Sequence record: SRR31156797_3768
Length of the DNA: 64,000 bases
Reading direction: 5' to 3' (one strand)
Below, in pieces: positions 56,028 to 64,000 of the stretch (positions are counted from its first letter, which is position 1; each line of letters opens with the position of its first letter). Position numbers and translations under genes: made by a program. The notes under the pieces are model-generated. The model did not search any database. It had not been told where the DNA came from and worked only from the letters and a program-made list of their open reading frames with translations.

Positions 56028-56945
56028 ATGATGGAAAAACAGCAAGAACAAAAAGCCCGTAGAATCGTTTTGCTGACCCACGTCTTAGGGTTGATCATGA
56101 AAGCCATCGGCTACTTCTTTAGCGGCAGTGCTGTCTTGATGAACGAAAGTATCCATAGTCTGATCGATTGCATCAATCAAGGACTTCTAGCCATCGGTGA
56201 AAACCGAGCACAGCGAGGACGCAGTGAACTGCATCAGTTTGGTGAAGGACGAGCGACCTATTTTTTTAGTACCGTAGTTGCCATGACAGTTTTTTTAGGC
56301 GGTGGGATTTTAGCGGTTGTTGAAGCCAGCCGTGATCTACTAGACCCAACCCACGAAGTGGAACAGCTCCAGCTGGTGGCAGCGATCTTATTTGTCAGTT
56401 TGTTCATTGAAGTGACGGCTGTACAAGAGGGATGGCAAGAAGTCAAAGAACAAAACAAGCAAAACCAGCCCCTCGTCCGTTTCTTAAAAGAAAGCCGCGA
56501 TTCCGATCTGCTTTTAGGCTTCACGGAAAATTTGTTTGCCTTAGGCAGTGTGACGATCGCCATCGTAGGAATCTCATTGACTGCTTTGACAGGCAATCCG
56601 GTATTTGATTCCCTCGGGGGCATTTTAGGTGGATTGTTGTTGATTGCTGCTGCTGTCTTTTTAGCCAAAGAATTTTATAGCCTTTTGATTGGCGAAGGGG
56701 CATCCGCATCGGATTTAATGGCGATCAAACAAATTTTAGCCGACCCTGCAATCATTCAAATCAAAGATTTACGAACCCTCCATCTAAGCCCAGAGGAACT
56801 TTTGATCGTCGCCGACCTTAGCTTGAAACTAGCGCCGGATGAAGAACCAAGCACGTTTATTGATACCATTGAGCAGCAAATAAAGCAGGCTTTGCCTGAA
56901 CTGAGGGTCTATTGCTATATCGAGAATGAGGAAATTACCTCTTAA
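56028..56945 (+). CDS. Cation diffusion facilitator (CDF)
   Basis: SGSAVLMNESIHSLID, HQFGEGR, SLLIGE; terminator at 56961-57006. Confidence 0.85.
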   Translation: MMEKQQEQKARRIVLLTHVLGLIMKAIGYFFSGSAVLMNESIHSLIDCINQGLLAIGENRAQRGRSELHQFGEGRATYFFSTVVAMTVFLGGGILAVVEASRDLLDPTHEVEQLQLVAAILFVSLFIEVTAVQEGWQEVKEQNKQNQPLVRFLKESRDSDLLLGFTENLFALGSVTIAIVGISLTALTGNPVFDSLGGILGGLLLIAAAVFLAKEFYSLLIGEGASASDLMAIKQILADPAIIQIKDLRTLHLSPEELLIVADLSLKLAPDEEPSTFIDTIEQQIKQALPELRVYCYIENEEITS

Positions 56946-57717
56946 AGTAGAATAAATACGAAGCATTCATCGGCTGATGATTCATCAATCAACCGATGAA
57001 TGCTTGTTTTGGGTAGTGGTGAGCTCGTGTTGAATGAACACAAAGGATCAATGGCTTGTTTTAACTTTAGGCTTTTCTGACGATCAGGAATTAGACTGTA
57101 AGCGGAAAGATCCAGTGATTTATCTATTTTTCTAGCAGTAAACAGTTTTTTTTGTTCAAAAGTTTGTGTTTTTTTGTTAAAATAAAGTAAGGACAGCGAG
57201 TGTTCTCTTTTTAAAGTTATTTTTTTGCTAGAGTTGTAACATTGTAAATCACAACATAGCGAAAGCTCAGGTTATTAAGAAAACGCCGAAACGAGTGCCT
57301 GTTTGCCATTACTGACATGCTGCCCAATCGACACCAAAAGCTGAGGTGCAAATTTTGTCACGACTGTTTTTTTACTTTACTTGTGAAGCAAAATCCTTTG
57401 CGAACATCTTCATCCATGATAGGTTAGAAATATGCCGAATGGTTTTTTCACAAAGTACGTACATAGAAAGATCACTTGCGACTACCAAAAAAAGTTACTT
57501 CACTGTTCGCAAAATGATCGATGCTCATCACACATACCTTTTCCCTCAGCCAGTTAATCTGCGCTTGCTTTTCTTATTGGTTATATTCCCTTCAATCAGC
57601 AATTGCCTGAACCGATTCAAAATCAAAAAATGACTGTGCAAGGTATCTGTATCGCTTTATCCCTTCAGAAACGTGGAAACCCTCGGCAAGAAGTTTACAA
57701 TTAAAAGGAGGAATTTG

Positions 57718-60384
57718 ATGGAAAAATTTTACCAGCAAAAGACTGAAGAGACCTTGAAACATTTTGAAAGTGACCGCAAGCAAGGCCTGAGCGGGAAAGA
57801 AGCCGACAAACGCTTAGAAAAATACGGAGAAAACACGATCCAGCAACAAGAATCCCTTTCTGTATGGGAATTGCTGTGGCATAACTTGAACAACTTGATT
57901 GTTTATCTCTTGCTAGCAGCTGCGTTACTCTCTTTTGCGATGGGGGAAACGGTTGAAGGAATTGCAGTATTGATTGCCGTGGTGATTGCTGTAATGACAG
58001 GTTTCATTACAGAATTACGAGCACAAAAATCAATTGATTCACTTCAAAGCATGATTTACACTACCGCAAAAGTGATTCGTGATGGAGAAGTAATGGAGAT
58101 CGAGTCGGCAAAGATCGTTCCAGGCGATATTCTCGTTTTGGAAGAAGGGGATGCTATTGCCGCAGATTCCCGCTTACTTGAAACGAGCAACTTTGCCTGC
58201 ATCGAATCAGCGCTGACCGGTGAGTCAGAAGCTGTTGAAAAAGATGCACGAGAAACTTATGAAGAAGATGTTCCATTAGGCGATCGCCGCAATGTCGTTT
58301 TCGCAGGAACTGCGGCAACTCGGGGAAATGCCTATGCAGTAGTGACAGAAACCGGCATGAAGACCGAGGTTGGAAAAATCAGTGATATGCTGACGGGGGA
58401 CAAAAAGCGTCAAACGCCGTTAGATATCGAATTGGACAAGCTTGGAAAAGCAATCATTATTGCAGCGCTTTTTGCCGCGATCGCGGTTTTGGTCGCAGGT
58501 ATTTTGACGAATCAGCCATTTGTCGAAATGATCCATATCTCGATTATTTTAGCGGTCGCAGCCATTCCCGAAGCAATGCCAGCCGTTTCGACGATCACAT
58601 TGTCTCGAGGCATGCGAACGATGGCCGAGCACAAAGCACTCGTCAAATCGTTATCAGCCGTAGAGACTCTTGGCGCAACCAGTATCATTGCCAGTGATAA
58701 AACGGGGACGCTGACAGAAAACCAAATGACGGTTGCTGAGATCATTTTAGGTTCTGGGGAAATGTTCAAAGTGACAGGAAATGGGTATGAACCCAACGGA
58801 AAATTCTATAAGGCAGACTCGGATGATAATTCCGAGATCGACGCAACCAATCATGATGCGCTGCAAGGGATGGTTGCAAATGGCGCTTTATGTACCACCG
58901 CCACTTTACGTGAAAACGAAGGGCAATACGAGATCCTCGGTGATCCAACGGATGGGGCGTTTGTCGTTTTAGGTCAAAAGATCGGCATCGATCGGCAAAA
59001 AGAGCAGGACAGCGGGCTGAAGAAAATCGCAGAAATGCCCTTTGATTCCGACAACAAATACATGGTGACCGTGTATGAAGGAGAGCAACGGACATTGATC
59101 ATCAAAGGGGCACCAGATGTCTTAATTGATTTAGCTGATGCTGATGCCACAGAAAAAGAACAACTTCATGAATACAATGACACGTTAGCCAGTCATGGGC
59201 AGCGGGTGATCGCTGTCGGTTGCATCAAGGATTATCAAGGTGGGACGGACGAAGCAGAACTGAAAGCAGCATTACAGGAAATCAAGATCCAAGGCTTTGC
59301 GGGCATCGTCGATCCGCCACGAACAGATGTCAAAGAGGCAGTGAAGGTCGCCCAAGAAGCGGGGATCCGAGTGAAGATGATCACGGGGGACCATCCGAAG
59401 ACCGCATCAATGATCGCCAAAGAAATTGGCTTAAAAGATCATGAAAAAACCATGACAGGTCGCGAGATTGATGAATTGGCAGGGCAGGAAGGCTTTAACG
59501 AAAAAATCGAAGAAGTCGCTGTCTTTGCTCGAGTCTCTCCAAAAAATAAATTACAACTTGTGGAAGCCTTGCGTGAAGAAGGCGATATCGTTTCTATGAC
59601 TGGCGATGGCGTTAACGATGCGCCGGCACTCAACGGCGCCGATATCGGGATCGCCATGGGGATTCGTGGGACAGAAGTAGCCAAAGAATCTTCCGATATG
59701 ATTTTAACGGATGACCGTTTTGGAACAATCGTCGATGCCATCAAAGAAGGACGCATCATTTTTGACAACATCAAAAAATATGTTTCTTTCTTATTCTCAT
59801 GTAATATGGTTGAGATCGTGACGATCTTTTTAAGTGTCATCTTCTTGATGCCAATGCCGATCCAACCGCTGCATATCCTTTTCTTAAATCTAGTCATCGA
59901 TATTGCGCCAGCAATGGCGTTAGCCTTTGAACCAGCAGAAGACGATATCATGAAACGTCAGCCACGGTCGAAAGCTGATGGCCTCGTCAACAAACGCTTC
60001 TTAGGACGCATCATTTTAAGTGGTGTTGTGATTGGTTTGGTGGCGTTTGGCTTCTTCAATTTCTTGATGTTGACGGATCACGAGTTGCTTTATGCACAAA
60101 CAGCGACCTTTACCTTTATGGCAGTAGCACAATTGATGCATATTTTCAACGTTCGTAAGAGCAGCGGTTTTGGATTAGACAAAACTATCTTGAAAAACAA
60201 ACCGTTGATGGGGGCATTGCTCCTTTCCGTAGGTTTGCAGCTTTCAGCAGTCTATGTACCGTTTATGAATGAGCTATTAGACACGATGCCAATTCAAGCT
60301 GGCACGTGGGGGATCATCTTCGCTGCTGCAGCGATCTCTACACTGATTGTGATGGGCTTGAAGAAACTCTTCCAATTAAAATAA
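57718..60384 (+). CDS. P-type IIA (Ca2+/cation) ATPase
   Basis: TGES, IPEAMP, DKTGT, KGAP, GDGVND, NLVID; AAGGAGG RBS. Confidence 0.93.
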   Translation: MEKFYQQKTEETLKHFESDRKQGLSGKEADKRLEKYGENTIQQQESLSVWELLWHNLNNLIVYLLLAAALLSFAMGETVEGIAVLIAVVIAVMTGFITELRAQKSIDSLQSMIYTTAKVIRDGEVMEIESAKIVPGDILVLEEGDAIAADSRLLETSNFACIESALTGESEAVEKDARETYEEDVPLGDRRNVVFAGTAATRGNAYAVVTETGMKTEVGKISDMLTGDKKRQTPLDIELDKLGKAIIIAALFAAIAVLVAGILTNQPFVEMIHISIILAVAAIPEAMPAVSTITLSRGMRTMAEHKALVKSLSAVETLGATSIIASDKTGTLTENQMTVAEIILGSGEMFKVTGNGYEPNGKFYKADSDDNSEIDATNHDALQGMVANGALCTTATLRENEGQYEILGDPTDGAFVVLGQKIGIDRQKEQDSGLKKIAEMPFDSDNKYMVTVYEGEQRTLIIKGAPDVLIDLADADATEKEQLHEYNDTLASHGQRVIAVGCIKDYQGGTDEAELKAALQEIKIQGFAGIVDPPRTDVKEAVKVAQEAGIRVKMITGDHPKTASMIAKEIGLKDHEKTMTGREIDELAGQEGFNEKIEEVAVFARVSPKNKLQLVEALREEGDIVSMTGDGVNDAPALNGADIGIAMGIRGTEVAKESSDMILTDDRFGTIVDAIKEGRIIFDNIKKYVSFLFSCNMVEIVTIFLSVIFLMPMPIQPLHILFLNLVIDIAPAMALAFEPAEDDIMKRQPRSKADGLVNKRFLGRIILSGVVIGLVAFGFFNFLMLTDHELLYAQTATFTFMAVAQLMHIFNVRKSSGFGLDKTILKNKPLMGALLLSVGLQLSAVYVPFMNELLDTMPIQAGTWGIIFAAAAISTLIVMGLKKLFQLK

Positions 60385-60422
60385 AATAAATTCTCCAGTA
60401 TTTTCTCAATACCGGAGTAACG

Positions 60423-60507
60423 AAGACCCGCAGCCTAATGGCGCAACTTCGCCAAAGGATTCTTGATTCGATCCTTGATGAAGTTCGCCTAGCTGCGGGT
60501 CTTTTTT
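60423..60507 (+). terminator. Long interrupted hairpin terminator
   Basis: AAGACCCGCAGC...GCTGCGGGTCTTTTTT with inner stems. Confidence 0.75.
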
Positions 60508-60515
60508 GCTTACTC

Positions 60516-60570
60516 TTTACAAGCAAAAGAAAATGATTTATACTTGACTAGTCAATAGTTGACAAGTCAA
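60516..60570 (+). promoter_or_regulatory. Promoter with tandem MarR operators
   Basis: TTTACA-N17-TATACT; TTGAC-NN-GTCAA at 60544-60555 and 60559-60570. Confidence 0.75.
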
Positions 60571-60593
60571 TGATGAAAGGAGCGGTTTATGCA

Positions 60594-61001
60594 ATGAATT
60601 TACGTGAGCTAAGCGGATTGCTGTATCGGATGAAAATCGTGAATCAAGAATTAACGGCGATCTTTGAAAAAGAGACTGGCTTTAGTCTGACCCGTTATCA
60701 GTTGCTGCAGTTTTTGAATGAGCAAGGACGCTGTACCCAAAATCAAGTACAGAATGAATTGAAGATCGATAGTGCAGCGGTCACTCGGCATTTGAAGATT
60801 CTCGAAGAAAAACAATTTGTGACACGGGAACGAAACAAAGACAATAACCGCGAGATTTTTGTTTCTTTGACACCGAAAGCACAAGCCGATTTGGCTAGTT
60901 GTGCTTCAAAGCATGCCAGCTCTGAGGAGTCGTTAGGCATCAATTTGACCGAAGAAGAAGAAGCACAGCTTCTAACATTACTTATGAAATTAGTTCCATG
61001 A
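60594..61001 (+). CDS. MarR-family regulator
   Basis: IDSAAVTRHLKILE..DNNREIFVSLT. Confidence 0.9.
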   Translation: MNLRELSGLLYRMKIVNQELTAIFEKETGFSLTRYQLLQFLNEQGRCTQNQVQNELKIDSAAVTRHLKILEEKQFVTRERNKDNNREIFVSLTPKAQADLASCASKHASSEESLGINLTEEEEAQLLTLLMKLVP

Positions 61002-61015
61002 AAGAAGGCAAACCC

Positions 61016-61651
61016 ATGACAGAATACAGCAATAACAATTTTTCAGAGATTACCTTTGGCCGAAAATCGGTCCGTGTCTATGATGAAACCTACAAAATCC
61101 CCCATGAAGAAATGTTGACCATGATCCAAGAGTCAACGACAGCACCTTCCTCAGTCAATATGCAGCCTTGGCGCTTTGTCGTTGTGGAAAGCGATGAGCA
61201 AAAAGCAAAATTGAAACCGTTGATTCGTTTCAACGTCCGACAAAATGATACATCTTCTGCAATGGTCTTGATTTTTGGCGATATGCTTTGTCATGAACTA
61301 GGAGAAGAAATTTATAACAAAGCAGTAGCAGAAGGCAAAATGCCAGCGGAAGTACGTGACCAACAATTAGCAGCGATCATTCCTCATTACGAAAATCTTA
61401 CAAAAGAACAAATGAATGATGTGGTGAAGATCGACGCTAGTTTAGCTGCCATGCAATTTATGTTAGTTGCGCGGGCGCATGGCTATGAAACCAACCCAAT
61501 CGGCGGCTTTGAAGCAGATCAATTAGCCGAAGCTTTTGGCTTAGACAAAGAGCGTTATGTTCCTGTCATGATCCTTTCAGTCGGAAAAGCCAAAGAATTA
61601 GGCTATGAATCCGTTCGGTTAGACGCAGAACAAATTACGACATTTCTATAA
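61016..61651 (+). CDS. Nitroreductase family protein
   Basis: RKSVR, APSSVNMQPW, NPIGGF. Confidence 0.92.
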   Translation: MTEYSNNNFSEITFGRKSVRVYDETYKIPHEEMLTMIQESTTAPSSVNMQPWRFVVVESDEQKAKLKPLIRFNVRQNDTSSAMVLIFGDMLCHELGEEIYNKAVAEGKMPAEVRDQQLAAIIPHYENLTKEQMNDVVKIDASLAAMQFMLVARAHGYETNPIGGFEADQLAEAFGLDKERYVPVMILSVGKAKELGYESVRLDAEQITTFL

Positions 61652-61665
61652 GAGGAGGGAAAACG

Positions 61666-61953
61666 ATGGAAATCATCAATGCAACGTTTTACATCAAAGA
61701 AGAAAAGCGGGCAGATTTTTTAGCCGCTGTTACCCCATTAATAGCATCGGCAAGAACTGAGGATGGCTGCCACGGCTATCATCTCTATGAATCATTGAAA
61801 GAGGACAATCGGTTTGTCATGGTCGAAAAATGGGCGAATCAAGAAGCGATCACCGTCCACAATCAAAACCCGCTGCTGCAACAATTATTCCAGCAAATGC
61901 CTGACTTCGCAGCCAAACCGAGCGAGATCATTGTCGCTCAACAAGGAGAATAA
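61666..61953 (+). CDS. ABM-family (putative quinol) monooxygenase
   Basis: ARTEDGCHGYHLYE..FVMVEKW..H. Confidence 0.85.
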   Translation: MEIINATFYIKEEKRADFLAAVTPLIASARTEDGCHGYHLYESLKEDNRFVMVEKWANQEAITVHNQNPLLQQLFQQMPDFAAKPSEIIVAQQGE

Positions 61954-61955
61954 AG

Positions 61956-62315
61956 ATGACGATTTTATCGACGATTTTGATTGTACTGGTTGCCTTAGAA
62001 TTTTTCTATATTCTCTATTTAGAAACATTTGCCACTACGTCCAAAGCAACAGCGCGGATCTTCAACGTGACGAAAGCAGAACTTGAACGACCGATCGTCG
62101 TGACCTTGTTCAAAAACCAAGGGGTTTACAATGGGCTGATCGGTTTGGGGTTACTGTATAGTATTACCTTTGCTTCAGCGCCATTGGAAATCAGTCGCTT
62201 GTTGCTGATCTACATTATCTTAGTAGCTGCATATGGCAGTGTGACTAGCGACAAGAAAATTATTTTGACCCAAGGCGGTCTAGCGATCCTTGCCTTGCTG
62301 TCCACCTTTTTTTAA
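61956..62315 (+). CDS. DUF1304-type membrane protein
   Basis: LVALEFFYILYLE, NQGVYNG, QGG; terminator at 62329-62390. Confidence 0.8.
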   Translation: MTILSTILIVLVALEFFYILYLETFATTSKATARIFNVTKAELERPIVVTLFKNQGVYNGLIGLGLLYSITFASAPLEISRLLLIYIILVAAYGSVTSDKKIILTQGGLAILALLSTFF

Positions 62316-62447
62316 CCAATAAAAGAAGAAGCCCCCTAATCTAAGAAAGCCTTTCTATACAATAGAAGCTTTCTTAAATCGGGGGCTTTTAATGTTTGGG
62401 CAAAGAGTACTCAGAACGTGAAAAAAATGATAGGATAAGAGAAGGGA

Positions 62448-63050
62448 CTAACGATTTTCTGGACGTAAACTGGTTGCCGCAAATAAGGCTTTTACTAGAA
62501 TGGGTGTTAAGATCGCAGCTGTGATCACCTCAGAGATTCCATTCGTTATAGCAATTCCACCGAGGGTCACGAATAAAGCCGAAGCATCGACACCATAGGT
62601 ATTGGCAACTAAGCCAGTATATAAGGTTCCCATTAGGGTTAAGACCAAAACTGTATTTGTGATGGTCCCAAAGATCGCTGCAACAATCGAAGCAGCGACG
62701 ACTTTTTTGGTCTTTTTGTAAATGATCGTAAATAAGAGACCAGCCACTAAGCCAACCAACACACGGGGGACCACTGAGATGATTGGGTTGGTGAAAACGG
62801 CAATGTCCAAGGGCGTTGTCGGGGAGGTAAACGCACGGATCATGGTAAAAATGCCCCAGACTAAGCCAATGAACATCCCGTCTTTTGTCCCTAAAACGAT
62901 GGCAGCGACGATTACCGTGATATGGATGATCGTCAAACTAGTGATACCGATCGGAATAAATCCAAGGAAAGGCACCATCGTCTGTAAAATAATAATAGCA
63001 GTCAAAATGGCACGAATGACAAGGCGATAGGTTTTGCTTTTTGTATTCAT
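62448..63050 (-). CDS. panT: ECF transporter S component, pantothenate PanT-like
   Basis: VPFLGFIP..TIIHI, FTNP..SVVPR, TNTVLVL, NGISE. Confidence 0.75.
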   Translation of the reverse strand: MNTKSKTYRLVIRAILTAIIILQTMVPFLGFIPIGITSLTIIHITVIVAAIVLGTKDGMFIGLVWGIFTMIRAFTSPTTPLDIAVFTNPIISVVPRVLVGLVAGLLFTIIYKKTKKVVAASIVAAIFGTITNTVLVLTLMGTLYTGLVANTYGVDASALFVTLGGIAITNGISEVITAAILTPILVKALFAATSLRPENR

Positions 63051-63070
63051 TGTAAAAACTCCTTTTTTAT

Positions 63071-63132
63071 AATGACACTCGTGTCATTTTTAAGTTAGGT
63101 TGATTATACAACAAAATGACACGAGTGTCATT
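63071..63132. promoter_or_regulatory. Two palindromic TetR operators
   Basis: AATGACAC-TC-GTGTCATT (63071-63088) and AATGACAC-GA-GTGTCATT (63115-63132). Confidence 0.85.
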
Positions 63133-63159
63133 AATAATGTGATGAAAGGAGCCAAAAAA

Positions 63160-63780
63160 ATGGCGAAGAAGCAGCAGAGCGAATTGACTACAGCTGAAAA
63201 GAAAAAACAACAAAAGCGTGATTTGATTCTTGAAAGTGCCAAAGTCGTCTTTAGTAAGAAAGGTTTGATTGATGCGACAATGAAGGACATTATCGAAGAG
63301 TGCGGCATTAGTCGCGGCGGCATTTATTTGTACTTTCGTTCGGTGGATGAGATTTTTTTGGCAGTGTTAGAGCAGCGTTCCAAACGAAAATTTGATGATG
63401 TACGAGAGATGATCATGGAGCAAGTACCCTTTGAAACGATTTTAAACAAATATTTTTCCGACCATCGCAAGCGTCTACTCCACAGCATTTCTGACGGTAT
63501 GCTGCGAGCCGTCTATGAGTATTACTATACGCATAAAACCGAAGCCTCCAGTTCACTGCAGCAAGCTCAACTCGCTGAGACGAAACGGACGATCCATGAG
63601 ATTTTTCAAGTGGGCGTTCAGCAAGGTGTATTAAAAGATGAAAACTTGGCAGTGATTGCAGAAAACTATATGTTCGTGATTGAAGGATTAGGGATTTTGG
63701 CTCTGACCGGTCACATCACAGAACAGACCATTGATGACCAAATCGCCGTAATGAGACAACTACTCCCTTATCGTGAATAA
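63160..63780 (+). CDS. TetR/AcrR-family regulator
   Basis: FSKKG..ATMKDII..GISRGGIYLYF; terminator at 63789-63833. Confidence 0.92.
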   Translation: MAKKQQSELTTAEKKKQQKRDLILESAKVVFSKKGLIDATMKDIIEECGISRGGIYLYFRSVDEIFLAVLEQRSKRKFDDVREMIMEQVPFETILNKYFSDHRKRLLHSISDGMLRAVYEYYYTHKTEASSSLQQAQLAETKRTIHEIFQVGVQQGVLKDENLAVIAENYMFVIEGLGILALTGHITEQTIDDQIAVMRQLLPYRE

Positions 63781-64000
63781 CACAGACAAAAAAACTCGCT
63801 CTTTTCTAGAAAACACTAGGAAGGAGCTTTTTTCGTCTGTTTATAACTTTGTGAATCAAGCATATTTTGCAGAAAATTAATGTAATAAAAGTGAAATCTA
63901 CAACATTATTTATTTTTTCTTAAGAAAAAGGACTTTTTCTATGAAGTTTTCTTGAACAGTTGATACATAGGGGTTCAATCGGCGTGTCGGTGGGATAGGA

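Noticed and set aside
56961-57006. CTGATGA suggesting a hammerhead ribozyme
   Set aside because: No properly placed GAAA or three-way junction; it is a simple terminator hairpin
57315-57335. TGCTGCCCAA/ATCGACA resembling part of the M-box riboswitch
   Set aside because: The other M-box hallmarks (TAGGTGAGGCT, ATGGGTCAACAG, CTAAAGCTC) are absent
57317-57427. 36-aa ORF with CxxCxxC (MLPNRHQKLRCKFCHDC...) as a metal-sensing leader peptide
   Set aside because: No RBS; likely chance
59439-59951. Long antisense ORFs (170 aa here, and others inside ntp, GH31, GH36 and transporter genes)
   Set aside because: Shadows of well-supported genes, with no RBS or recognisable motifs

Overview
Chromosomal window from a low-GC Gram-positive bacterium. 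Gene content and protein style suggest Enterococcus, probably the casseliflavus/gallinarum group (inference). No mobile element, prophage, CRISPR, rRNA or tRNA was found. In order, it holds: the end of an opp/dpp ABC operon plus OsmC; a PrfA/LarR-like Crp regulator divergent from an MFS transporter; THF riboswitch-folT; a membrane-anchored GH3; an Rgg regulator divergent from an unannotated 23-aa peptide; small detox/hypothetical genes; the Na+ V-ATPase operon ntpFIKECGABD-J behind a Na+ (DUF1646-type) riboswitch; MarR-OYE; a licT-bglF-bglA PTS operon with two RAT elements; AraC-ABC-GH31 and two-component-ABC-GH36 sugar loci; yjdI/J; a heterodimeric ABC exporter; a WYL/VOC pair; LCP; CDF; a P-type IIA ATPase; a MarR-nitroreductase operon; and a panT-like ECF S component divergent from a TetR. 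The most interesting signals are unannotated: the Rgg-linked amphipathic peptide, a two-terminator cascade behind the Na+ riboswitch, TetR operators on panT, a PrfA-box array, a RAT that appears to act on translation, and two candidate structured RNAs. All calls come from reading the sequence by eye; no searches were run.
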